DNA of 63,251 bases, the filler included, from Bigelowiella natans CCMP2755 (taxonomy: Eukaryota > Protista > Cercozoa): the NCBI GenBank assembly GCA_000320545.1. It is 9 parts of 9 records of this genome, joined end to end, with 100 filler letters (N's around TTAATTAATTAA, not from the genome) between each part and the next. Parts side by side here need not be neighbours in the genome. Positions count along the whole stretch, not along the records: positions 1 to 23,720 come from ADNK01001777.1; 8 more parts are not named here. One strand, 5' to 3'. Every line of letters begins with the position of its first letter. The first letter of the stretch is position 1. Below the pieces are notes generated by a model. That model was not told where the DNA came from, did not search any database, and saw only the letters and a list, made by a program, of their open reading frames with translations. A program made the translations under genes and the position numbers. Below are positions 1 through 12,735 of the stretch, one piece after another.

Positions 1-337
1 CAGCAGCGCCAGTAGCAGTAAGCTCATCAACAGCTGAAGCAGTGGTGGTGAGTAGTAATAGGGAGGGGAAAGATTCATCAGCGAGTCAAGCAGTAACAAC
101 GGTGATGCCCCGTGTGGGGGGGAGGGGGATGTGCCCTTCTCCCCGCCCCCCCAACTTCACCTCCCTGAGAATAAGGAGGTCGATGGTGTGGTGGTGGTAG
201 CGGCGGTAGAAACTATGCAGATGACACGGGCATCACCGTTGTTACTGCTTGACTCGCTGATGAATCTTTCCCCTCCCCATTACTACTCACCACCACTGCT
301 TCAGCTGTTGATGAGCTTACTGCTACTGGCGCTGCTG
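1..337. repeat. Near-perfect inverted duplication (about 1-115 versus 224-337)
   Basis: The reverse complement of cagcagcgccagtagcagtaagctcatc...ggtgatgccccgtgt recurs at about 224-337 with about 2 differences. Confidence 0.85.
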
Positions 338-1377
338 GCGCTGCTGGAGCTGCTGGAACCTTACACCACAAAGCAGCTTCGGGCTCTCCAATGTAGATTA
401 GAGATATGCCCTCCCCCCCCCTGGTGGCACACTGCATGATTGGCTTTGCGGTGCCGATAGATCCCAGGCTGAAACTGTAGCCTGCAGGCACGATGATGAT
501 GATGAGCGGTAGATGATAATGATGGTGGTGACGATGAATACGTGATGGTGATGACGATGATGGCAATCACTCGGTCACAGCGGCATCATCCGATAAGATC
601 TGACGGTGAGTTGGTTTGCTACTCTATATCACACTGTATCCTTGCAACGCTCTCATATCACAACTTCTGTGCATAATAGTACCCCTGTCCGCTTTGCGAA
701 GAGCCCTCTCAGCATGGATGTGCCGCTTGAAATGGAGCTCGATCTGAGAGGAATCGAGGAGGAGGTAGAGGAGGAGGAGAGAGAGGAGGAGGGAGAGGAG
801 GAGGGAGAGGAGGAGGGAGGGGGATGAGGAAGATCAGACGGGTCAATACGGCACTCGAGTGAATCTAACGCCCCATGTCGCAACAACACAGTGAGTGGTG
901 ATTCAGCATAGTAGCTTCTTTGTAGTGGGAGGAGAAGTTAGCGAAGATGTGGATTTCTGCATTGTGCATCATCAAGTAACAAGTATTTATTGACCGAACT
1001 TCTACATAGACCGTATATATTACACACAGACACAAGCACGCACGCACGCACACACACACACACACACACGCACACACACGTATACATATTTAAATATATA
1101 TATATAAATATTTCCATATATATTGTCAATACCGCAGCTTTGATTTCGCCGTGGGTTATGCATTGTGTTGCGAAGTCATTTGGCTGGACGATCTTACACT
1201 TTGGACACCCGTGCTTTGGATGGTTGGGGATTTCACTGTTGGAGAACATAAAAGGGGGAGGAGGGGGGGAGGGATTGGGTGATATGTTATGAAAGCTGTT
1301 ATACACACGTGTGTAGTTCGTGTGCGGACGTCACTTATGGTAATCTCTCCAAATCTCTCTCCCTCCCTACCACAGAC

Positions 1378-1419
<42 letters not shown>

Positions 1420-1431
1420 GAATTTGTAGCG

Positions 1432-1467
<36 letters not shown>

Positions 1468-1938
1468 TATGTGTGTTTATGTGTGCGTGTGTGCGCACGA
1501 TGTGATTATGTGTGGGAGAAAGCACGCACCTAAGTCGCTTTAGCCATGTAGTTCTGATGAATTCTACCCTCTGGAGCGATTTAAATGTCGCGCGTATTCG
1601 CACGTCAATCTGGCCCGTCGTCAGGTTGGGAGGGGGGGGAGGGTAGGAAGATAAGTCCTCTTCCTCCTCCTTTTCCATCTCCTTCTTCTCCCCCCCCGTG
1701 CCCTCCTCCTCCTCCTCCTCCTCCTCCTCCTTCTCTTTCTTCTTCTTCTTCTCCAAGGGTATAATATGTTCATTCCTTGGTTGGGAGTCCATTTTGTGAT
1801 TTTCAGCCTTTGCTTTGATCTCTTGTTGTTTCTTGCAGCAATTGCTATTACCATTGTTACTATTGCTACTACTATTGCTACTACTACTACCACATTCGTT
1901 ACTACTACTACTGGTACCGAATTTATTACTATCGCTAC

Positions 1939-1975
<37 letters not shown>

Positions 1976-2481
1976 CTCTAAGCTTTCCTTTTGCTCCTCG
2001 ACGCTATTGTTCTGCACCCTTGTTATTTCTTCTTCTTCTTCTTCTTCTCTTCCCTCTTTAACTTTCTTAACGTCCTTGCTAACTATCATCTTGATTCCTT
2101 CTCCCCCCCTCCTTCTCCTTCGGTTTCTTTGCTACTCGTCGCTGCTATTGCTGCCTTGCTCCCTCCTGCCTCTCCCCCCCCCTCCTCCTCCTTCTTCTTC
2201 ACAGAAGACTCTGTTATTGTATTCGTCATATTCTTCGTCGTTTTCTTCTCTTTTGTCTTGTGAAATTCTATCTCCATTTTAGAGGATGATTCCGCAGATC
2301 TTTCTGTCTTATCAATTTTCTCCTCCTCCTCCTCCTCCTCCTCCTCCTCCTCCTCCTCCTCCTCTTCCTCCGCTACTACGCCTAATTTATTGCTACTCGT
2401 TAGAAGTGATTAATAGCATGTAGTATTTATGTTATGATGGTGATGATGACTCTGTTTTCATCCCAAGTGTGCGTATGTATA

Positions 2482-2520
<39 letters not shown>

Positions 2521-3997
2521 TTCTCTTTTTATGCCATTCTTCCCTCCTTCCCCCCCCTGGACTTCTGCCCCCATCTCTTCATGCAGTCATATGAGCTCCT
2601 CACCCGGCCGAATGTGGTCTACAGCAAAGTTCTGCACAATGCTTGTAATGCCCTCGACTTTGGCCTTCTTCAGCTGCCACAGGACCCACTTTCGCCATGC
2701 TTTTCTCTTCGAAACTATGTATGGCGCCTGACGAGGGAAGGGGGGGGAGGGGGGGGGGGGGGAGATGTCATGACGAAGAATCGAGTAAAAATCGAAAGGA
2801 ATGGCGATGACGAGGAAGGACCACCACGACGAGAGAACTACTCATTCGTTCCTGATTGTTTATCCTAATGTAGCAGCGTCTTTCCCTCCCGCCCCTCCCC
2901 CCTCCGCCGCCTCCCTCCCAGCTTCGCTCACGTGCTGCATTTACATCGATAAGTATCACCTGGAATTGCAGATCTACATAGATCTGGGAGACATCCTCGG
3001 GGCAGCTGTTTGCGACTGATAGCGGCCTCCGCTGTGCCGATACAGTGCTGCTGCCGCTCCCCATCGAGGAAACACCAGCCATCTGATCTTCTCCCTCCCC
3101 CTTCAGAAACACTACCTGCATTTTAAAAGTAGGGGGGGGGGGGGGTTGATTTAAATTTGTGCTAGGGGTGGTGGATCTTGCTCGCAGCGGCCTCCCCTTC
3201 CTACAAACAACAACGACGTAGGCACCATTGGGATGCTGCTGCTGCTTCTTCTGTCTGCATTTCTATCAATAGCGGTACTCCGAATAACCCCTCTTCTGCG
3301 CGCGAGGCTGTGTTCCTTCCTTCTCCTCTCATTTTTCCAAAGCACGTAGTAGTAGTAGTAGTATTAGTAGTAATATTAATAGTACTTTGAACACAACGAC
3401 GTTCTCAGCGCCAAGTTTTCTTTGAATCTGGCGGACCAGGGACTCGTCGAGGGTGTTTGTGTTGGCTGTGATGAAGACATCCAGTCGCCAACGCTGGCAC
3501 GCCTTCCGCTCCTTCTGGTCGGCGGTGAGACTCTTCTGCGATGCGATGAGCGGGGAAGGGGGAAAGCAACAACAACAACAACAACAGCAAGCTCACTCGT
3601 GTCAGCAGCACAAAATATGTCAATAGCAGTGTCAATAGCCGACGGTATCATTTCGAGGCTTTTGATCTTCTCACCTCCCCACCCCCCGGCTTGCCACCAG
3701 CCAGCTCTCACTACTACCTTGGAAGCGGATCTTCTCGAATTGCACGATTCTACGAGCCATGCGTAATCATCAGGGTTGTCCTCCCTCCAATGCATGTACT
3801 TCGATTGGACTTCTTCGGTTATTTCTGTGAGGCCACTCTCGAGACTTGGCTCCTCCTCACAGTCTACGTCCACCGTGTCAGGAGTAAGGGGGAGGGGGGG
3901 GGGGGGGCCGCACACCCCCCCCTATTGTAGTATCGACGCAGTGAGTTGTGGACAGTGTAACGTATGCACACACACACACACACACAAACACACACCC

Positions 3998-4037
<40 letters not shown>

Positions 4038-4095
4038 TTTACATATAAATGATCTTTAGATGTCCTTTCTTTCTCAGCTCTTTCCCAAAATGGGT

Positions 4096-4126
<31 letters not shown>

Positions 4127-4191
4127 GCTGCTATTACGGCTGACTCTGAGATCTCTCTCGCGGCAAAAGAAGCACTCTCATCTGAATATGG

Positions 4192-4222
<31 letters not shown>

Positions 4223-4527
4223 AACTACTACTACTACTGCCGCTAATTAGCATACCCGATTTATTCAGTGGCTCATGAGGCTTATTGACTCGTATCCGCA
4301 TGATCTCCACAGCATATTTCGTCATAAAAATCTTGCAGAAGTTGAGAAGGTGCTTGCGTATCTCCGAGACGTTCAGCTTGCCCGCCTTCACACCATCATA
4401 GACGAACCGAATCGGCGTGCCACATGCACAGACCCACTTGCACTTGCGGAAGATTCGTAGCCGCCGCTGCTGCTTCAGCACTCTGAAAGACAGACACACA
4501 GACAGAGAGAGAGGGAGAGAGAGAGAG

Positions 4528-4570
<43 letters not shown>

Positions 4571-5441
4571 GACAACGAAGGGGGTGGGAGGAAAATAAAT
4601 TGGGTTCAAATTACGATGGGTGGTAAAAGCAAGTGAGGGTAGTAGCATACGAGATATGAAGGGGTGTATTACTGCTTGTTACCTACTTGTGTACACATCT
4701 GCATGTTGGTGGCTATGATTATATACATATGTCTAACGAGAGTTGGAGAAGAATGGACGATTCCTAAACTGAAGCGCAGCGTAGGTGCGTGCGCATGTGT
4801 GCATGTGCGTGGGCTTTGATGACGTAACTACCGTTGCTCCTCGAATATGTCATCGGAATCTCCCAACATCCCCTCTTTCTTCTTCTTCTTTTTGCTGGGA
4901 AATTCACCACTGGAGGGAGCAAAGGGAGGGGGTTGAGGGCCATATCCCTGGCCTTGGCGACCGGTTCGGAACGCCTTCGCAGGATGAAGGCGGGCAGCTG
5001 CAGAAGGGTTAAAAAAGAGAGAATAATAATTAGGGTTATGCGATCAATCCACCACAAAGAGGTTCAGATGTCGTCAAACGGCGGACGGCCATCCGAATAA
5101 CGAGTTGTGAAAACTCTCTTCGGACGCGTTTTGCAGCACCGAAGAGCGATTGCCGTGCTTTCGTGTTGATATATAATTCTGCCAGGAATCAAATTGGAAC
5201 GGATGCGCTGGGAGCATCAATTTTTGATGTCCTTTCTTTTCTTAGGCAGCATTCCGACGGAGAAGATGGCGAACAACAGCGAGGAACATACACGGTCGGG
5301 GAGTTTCATACTCCGAATCATCGTAGTTGGCGTTTTTGTCTGTCTGTCTGTCTATATGCGCTGTCTGCAATCATCATCACTCTAAAATGCGCTGTTTCCA
5401 TTCAACTTGCTTTTCTCGCGATATCCGACAACATCGTCGCC

Positions 5442-5475
<34 letters not shown>

Positions 5476-6464
5476 TTCATACCTTGAAGATCCATCGTGT
5501 AACCCCCGTTGGTGCTGGTTCTGTTATACAGCTGTTGTTGTTGTTGATGGTGGTGTTCCACGTCCTGGCGCTGCTGCTGAGCATAGTACTGCCGAAGAGG
5601 TGGCGGCTGCTGTGTCGTGTACTGGTGATGCCCGCCATAGTGATGGTATACAGCATACTGTGGAGGAGGAGGAGGAGGAGGAGGAGGAGGAGGAGGAGGA
5701 TACTGTCTAGTAATAGTTGGGAACTCTGCAGCAGCAGCAGCAGCAGCAGCACCCCCATATTCGCCTAGTACTACGGATTTTTGGCATGCTGCACCGTGAT
5801 TACGATCGGTGATTTGTTTATACTGCCAGGCTGCTGCTCTCATGCTGCTGTCGCTGGCATAGCTTGCTTGCGCCCGCCCCCCCCCTTGCCCTTCTCCTCC
5901 CTGCCTCGCCACATCTATTCTCCCTCGTCTTCCCGCCCCCGTCAATCGATCATAGGCATAATTTAAAAAGGGATGTGCGGCGTGGCTCACCCGCCCCCGT
6001 GGCGGAGATGGAAGCTGCCGCGCGGGCGGTGCTTGTGGATGAGAAGGGGTGGAAGTGGAAATGAGATGAGGAGGGAGGGGGGCTCGTTGAGGAATCTGTT
6101 GGAGATGAGCTTTTATGGGCTGCTGTTCGTAGTGGAGGTGATCTTGTGGAAATTGACGCATCTTAATATAGTATGAGGATCCAGGGACATCAGTGCCATG
6201 CTGGCCTACTGCCAGGAGGGGGGGGGGAGTTTTGGTCAGTTCTACATTTTCTTCAAATTATACAGGAACCTATGCATTTATGTGTGTCGACGTGCGTGTA
6301 TGCTGCCTGATGCAGCTCAACATTCGAATGGATTTTCCGGTAAAAAGAACCTCTTGGCTGGATGTATGGGTTGGCATGAACATATTGCCCATCGTAGCCA
6401 ACAACCTATGGTTCAATATTGGAGAAGACATATATATAATTCTTTTTAATACAAAACACAAACA

Positions 6465-6503
<39 letters not shown>

Positions 6504-6530
6504 AAATACACAAATACACAAAAATAATAA

Positions 6531-6567
<37 letters not shown>

Positions 6568-7330
6568 TTGTATCATAATCTCAACAGATGCATTCACTAT
6601 AATACAGATATGAGGGGGTATCCAGCTAAACTGGAAAGCGTCAGGAACAATACAAAGAACTATTCTCATACCTGCTGAGGAAGACCTCTCTGCTGATGCT
6701 GAAGGGGAACTATCGGATGTGCAGCAGGATGCAAGACATGATGCGAGCCGGAGCTGTCTGCTGTACGGTATCCCATCAGCGGAAGCCTGTAAACTCCTTC
6801 AGCACTGCCGCTGGCATCCATGGTGCCTCTTTCGTACGTGAATTCCCTTTTCCTTACCCAACGCGGTCGCTTTGAATCGTAGGATAGAATACCTTCTGGT
6901 GGAACTCCGTCCTCTCTGTCCTCTCTTACATCATGTTCTACTCTCCGTCCCTGGCTGTTAGTTCTTGCTTTCTCGTAAGAGTGCGGGTTTTCATCTTGAT
7001 AGCTGACACCTGTATAAGCATAAATCATCGCCTTTCAGACATGTCAATACTTATTACGTCAGATAGTTTGTTTCCTTTTCTAACCGTCTTGAAGCGGCAA
7101 CTGTTGCTTTTCCACTTTCAGCTTTTTGCCCGTGTTGGATAGTTGCTTGGACAGCTGGTACTTCCGATGCTCATCCTTGGCAGAAGACCCCTTTCTTTTC
7201 ATCTTCTGGAAGCGCTCATGACTAACCACAATCGATGTCCCTGGTGCGGGGTGGGTAGGTGCCTGGTGAACGCTGTCTTTAGCGTCTAAATTCTCCAATA
7301 CGTCCGCACTTACCCATTTTGTTCTCCATT
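200..7330 (-). CDS. Large multi-exon hypothetical protein (Q/P-rich N-terminal half, possible Zn-binding CxC..H..C motif, acidic/low-complexity linkers); may be two genes, ends approximate
   Basis: A series of minus-strand exons with GT/AG borders. The junction ...DDIFEEQR|VLKQQRRLRIFRKCKWVCACGTP...RKHLLNFCK (about 4830/4482) joins in frame. Further exons lie in ORFs 6666-7028, 5382-6161, 3376-3915, 2768-3121 and 1367-2089. No family recognised. Confidence 0.45.
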
Positions 7331-7949
7331 TTCCTCGAAAACCCTCAAAGAGCCTGGAAATACCCACCTCCGACAACAATGAACACTGCTCCCGTGGAGA
7401 TCGCGTAGTTCATGATGGTCTTACTGGGCATCTTGGGTGGAAATTGTTGTCGCGATTAAGAAAAGTCCTAGATTGACACTTTTTGCAGACCGGCATTCCT
7501 TGAGACCACCGGTGCACCAGTGACTCGGAATTTTAGGAAATACGTTATGACTTCGGAGGTTGATGTTTTTTTCTGTCTTACGACGATTATTATATGTCGC
7601 ATCATTAATTAAAAGGTAATCACTTCTTGTTTTTTGAGATGTTCCTTCTATATGCCGGAACCACATGATTGCGCTTGTTACTTTTATTAATTATTCATTT
7701 TTACCTCATTAAATAAGTCGCATGAAAGAAATGCTTTTAATTCCACTTCATTATTCTGAGTAGTGTTGGTGTTCGTTAGATCTAGATCTAGATCTACATG
7801 TAGATCTAGTTGTTCTGTTCGCGTCCTGTTTGCAGCGAATTGTGGAATTCGCAGTTCTCAGTTCGATGTTCTGTGTTCGATCATGTTCGATGAGTTCAAC
7901 TTTTCAGAAACACTGCTGTTAACTGTCTTGTTACATTTTGGAAATGTAG

Positions 7950-8717
7950 TTCTTTGTCATTGTTCATTGTTTCTCAACTCCCAGTCGTCGCGTGAGGGCG
8001 GTGCGCACTTCGCCTGCAAGCTGTTGTGCCTGCCTAGCTGTGGTTGTGCACAACTTGCACACAACTGTGCAACGCAATCACGATCGCGTGTCGTGGACAA
8101 AGCAATGCGACATGTGCGATTTGCACAAAGCCAGAACGCCAACGTGCACGTCGATCACATCACACATGCTGGCTAGCTGACCAGCTAGCTAGCTCTGGAG
8201 CTGGCATGCACACGCACATCATCGATCACGTTTGCCTCGATTTGCATCCAGCCCTTCTAGCCTTGTGTGTTTGCTCTGGTGCTGGGTGTTGGCGCTCGCA
8301 GGATGCATGCGATGTGTCGCCCCGCGCTAGCCCGCAATGACACCTGGACACACGCACCACGCACTGCGCACTGCGCTGGTGCGCATCACGCTGCACGTCG
8401 CGCAAGACACGTGCTAGCGCATGCGATGCCGTGAAACCCGCTAGCTAGCCCGGGCGTGTGAAACGCTTTGCTTTGAACACAGCACAGCACATGACAGCAT
8501 CTGTGGTTGGCATCGCCCTGGCGCCAATCTGGCAATGCTAGAATGCGCCGATGTGTGACCAACACAGTGCTAGAGTGGGCAAACGAAGCTAGCTTGCTAG
8601 CGCATGCGCACCGGTTAGGTCTCTGCAGCAACGTTTGGCATTCAACTTCGTTCATCAATTTCGCATTCACTCGCATGCACTGAGGCCATGAGAAGGGCTA
8701 GAGGGAGCAAAAGAATT
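7950..8717. other. TpA-depleted tract (TA survives almost only as CTAG)
   Basis: Manual scan found 15 TA dinucleotides in about 770 bp: 14 in CTAG and 1 in TTAG. The tract is rich in TG, CA, TGCA and CATG. Confidence 0.9.
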
Positions 8718-8768
8718 TTACCACAACCATCACATGTTCAATCATGCAATTCAAATCAATTCTATTGA

Positions 8769-10140
8769 TTAATCCAGATCCTCTTCTTCTGCATTCAACG
8801 TATTTTCCGCAGCAGATTCTGCATTTTCCGTTGGTGCTGCTGTAGAGGGAGCTACAGCAGCAGACCCTTCCGTCGAAGCTCCAGCTTCTTTCGATTCCGT
8901 GCTTTCTGCCAATTTCTCGGATGTTTCAGTTTCCATGCTCGACGCCGTTGCTGCTGGTACCGTTACTGGCTGCGCAGCCTTAGCAGCTTCAGCCACATTT
9001 GGATTGTCCAACGCCATTGAGATGGCAAGGACGTCGATGAATTTCTGCTCGTCATAAAAATGCCCTTTTACACGGTTACCACTGAATGTCATTCCGTCGA
9101 GTGTATCCCTGGCTTTCTGCGACGCAGTATTCTCTTCGAATAGAACGAAGATCGTCCCGGTCAAAGACGGTGTATATGCTGATGATAGAGATGATGGTTA
9201 TGAAACCACTACTTTAGTACCACTACTTTACTACAGATTGTGAGCGGGAACATAGAACAGAAGAAATGACCGGTTTGATAAACTTAACAAATGCTCTATC
9301 TGTTGCCAAAGAGTATCATGAAACTTTTTGGGTGGTGTCTACACTCCTTCATTGTGCCACCCTTCATCTACTCGCTAATGATGCTGGCTAGTTTGTTCTT
9401 ACGTTGGCCCGGTCGAGGAATAATGACGCGGGATACGGGACCATGCTTGGCACACTCATCTTTCACGTCCTGATCATCAGCAAAATAATATCGTTACCGA
9501 CAGTAAGAACACCATATAGTAAAAACCAACATCATCTAACTCGGGTTTCATATGTTAGACAATAAGGTTGATGGTGTCCGTCCACTAATTTCACACAAAC
9601 CCCCTGACACACCGCACTCAATAACAATACACACATCATCACGACCTCGAGAATATCTTCATAGTCCTCATCATTTTTCAGTTCCTCCGCTTTGACCATA
9701 TTTAGAAGGTGCAAGACTTTGGTAGGGCTGTCAACATGTGCCTCGAATTTTACCTCCTCCTCCTCCTTCGCGTCGGTGCTTTCGGCAACGGGCGCCTCCA
9801 ACGCCTCTGTCTTTTTCGCATCGTTACTCGTACTCAAGTTTAGGATGCTCGATGCGAAGCCTGAGTGTGAGTGCCAACGGGACGATCATGCGATGTACTC
9901 GAGAATTTCTTCTGCTTCCACATTGATTAAAAATTTCACGCGAGAATCTCTCTTTCACCTGCTCCAGCGTTCAACTTAGGAGGCTTGAAAGCCCCTGCAG
10001 GAAACCTGTTGGGTGCGACAGCGGAATGGGAACGATGCGCGATTAATGCCGTTCATTCATGCTCCGCGTTTCAGTTTTGGAGAACAACGCAAACACACAG
10101 AACACACAACCGCGCGCGCAGAGAGAGGGAAAGAGAGGCA

Positions 10141-10193
<53 letters not shown>

Positions 10194-10431
10194 CGTCGCT
10201 GTCATCTCCACTCTCATTAATAGTGTTGTCGGAACCCACCCGACAATGTAATCATCGTAGTTGGAAGGCAAGGGCTTGAAGTCGGCTGGCCGGCCTATGC
10301 GCAGAGCACGTCCGCCGAGGGCCAGCCCCTGGAACAACGTCATGCAAGCTGTGGTGTCTGCAATGCTTCGGAACTCCACGAACTGACAACAAAAAGGACA
10401 CCAGATAGGGTTGTGTCAAGATTTATCTTAT

Positions 10432-10465
<34 letters not shown>

Positions 10466-12393
10466 GAGTATGTACATGTGGACGAATGTCCACTTGCTGT
10501 AAAGCATGCATCTATAAAAATTAGAGACGTATGAACATGTGCACATGCTCGTGCCATCTCGCACATGTATTTGCTAGGGGAAGCTTGACTATAATTGCCA
10601 TATGCTGCGCATGAGTTCCTTCCCAAGATACGGACGTGTCCGTTGATTTTTTTATTTATAATTATTACACAGAAAGTCATCTCCGAGCTTATCCAAACCG
10701 AGAGAATAGGATTAGGTGTTACCACCCCCATGGAGATTGCCGTGGTTGTGAAGAACTGGAGGGAAATTAATCATGCAGAGTAAGACAAACACAAAAAAAC
10801 ACACATACACACACACACACACACGAACGTAGAAAACATACATATCAGTCAGTCAATGTGGACCACAAACACCACCGCAAACGCTCGCGCATGCTCACAC
10901 CATATTGTTCTCAACCCCTACAGGGACGACACCAATATTCGTAAACAAATTCAAATTAGCGACGGCGGCGGCGGCGGCTGCTCGTCATTATCTGTCCTTA
11001 CATCCATGAGGATCTTCTCGGTGAGGCCGAGATGAACGGGCAAGCTTCCGATGTATAGTCTCCGAGCTTGGCGCGTGTATTGAAGCTGAGCACCCCCTGC
11101 TTGGCTAAGAGTCCCCGTAGCCACAGCTGCGTGAATAACTTCCTGATTCAGCGTTCCTGCGGTTAGGCCCGTTTGTGCCATGGGTACATGAACTCTTGGA
11201 GCTATGCCGAAACCTATCGTCGGGATAATGGAAGTTGTAATAATAAGAAGGTGTTGAAGTCCAAACAACAAGACGGGGCTGGTTCGATGGATGAACCTAT
11301 CAACGACTGGATGATAATGATACGGCATCGCAGCAGAGTAAAGTAATACCTGTTGCGGGCGCCGGCTTGTCCTCCTCTGATGAAGAGTCGGAACTTGATG
11401 ATGAGTCGCTGCTTGAACTGCTAGACCTTTACGCCGAGAGAAGAGGGTGTAGAGATAATATATACAACAACGGAGACAACAGCAAATGTCAAGGAAAAAG
11501 ATAGTGAAAAAAAATAATAAATCCACGTGCTGGTTTATAAAGATCGCATGAACACGCCGCGCATGAAAACGCGTAAACCGTCAGAACCACCAAGCACACG
11601 ACACGCATACATCCACAGCAGTGCATACCTGTCCCGTCTCCTGCGCCCTCTATCCCTCCCGCGGTCCCGGCGTCCTCTACGTCGATCATAACTGCGCCTA
11701 TCTCTATCCCTATCCCTCCCCCCTCTCCGTCGGTCCCGATCTCTGTCTCTCCCCCCTCGCCTTCGACCCCTGTCACGGTCCCGCCCGCCGTCACGTTCAT
11801 CGTCGCGACTATCCTTATTTCGACGCCGATCTTTATCCCGTTCACTGCGCCTTCTGCGATCGCGGCTACGGCTTCGGCTAATGCGTGTAAAAGAGAGAGA
11901 GTATCGATCGGGGCTGCTGTGTTGTGATGATGATATGCTCGAGAACGCCAATGCAGGCAGGCACGCGGAAAGAAATTTCACTCAGAAAGTGCTAAACCCA
12001 CACCATTTGTATATCGTTCAAATTTGAGTATCTCTAAATGAATTCCTAATTTCGCCGATGCCGATCGGTGGGTCTGTGCGGCACCTGCGATCCTTCTTCT
12101 TAGAGTTCTTTTTCCTAGATTCATCGGAACGTTTTCCTGGCGCACAGAGAAACAACTGTAAGATTCTCAGTGAAATGATCATTGGGAAATCGTTTGCACC
12201 TTTCTCGTTGGCGGATGCTTCCTTCTTTTTTGCCCCTTCTGACAAAAATCGGGTTCGGTCAAAGTGATTTTTCCAGCACACACCACTCCCGGGCGGAATC
12301 GTGAACATAATTCGAAAATTGAATACCTGGTGTTGTTATCTTGCCATCTTCCCTCCCTTCTTCAACCTTTTCTTCTTCTGGAAACGCTCGCAT
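8769..12393 (-). CDS. U2AF2: Splicing factor U2AF large subunit (U2AF65)-like, multi-exon; start approximate
   Basis: RS/RD-rich N-terminus (11630-11880); RRM1 TRQARRLYIGSLP...FCFVEFRS...ALRIGRPADFKP; C-terminal UHM PTKVLHLLNMV..EELKNDEDYEDILEDVKDECAKHGPV..VIIPRP...IFVLF...LDGMTFSGNRV..FYDEQKF. Confidence 0.9.
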
Positions 12394-12735
12394 CCTCCCA
12401 CCAGAGAGAGTAGCAGGTACAATTGCAGGATGGCTCGCGTGCGCGCACTTCGTGAATTTGATGCTTAGACGATTCAGCATAACGAAGCCTTCCACGTGCA
12501 CAGAGGAAGAGACTTTTCTCTAACTACGACAAGGAACTTTAGGACATTTTTATATAAATTATAGCCTCTTCTTCCTAGTCGTACTTCTGGAATGTGACCC
12601 CGATTTTTGTTTGGTAAAATTAAAAATCGCAACGAACCAGCATGGCTTCCCGCCTTGCTTGGTGGTGAACGGGAGGTTCGATGCGAGAAAGGAAGGACGG
12701 GAGATATTCCAGGAAACAAAAAGTGACCGATAAGC
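12394..12735. promoter_or_regulatory. Short divergent intergenic region (putative bidirectional promoter, U2AF65/TOP3A)
   Basis: Head-to-head gene arrangement; no specific motif proven. Confidence 0.4.

Noticed and set aside
938-2731. ORFs with poly-YI, poly-CV, poly-HT, poly-L/C tracts (here and throughout)
   Set aside because: Translations of microsatellites or of the antisense strand of real exons.
4764-5057. Apparent signal peptide 'MWWIDRITLIIILSFLTLLQL'
   Set aside because: The start is not ATG, and the hydrophobic run is a translated polypyrimidine tract before an AG acceptor. The exon reads in another frame.
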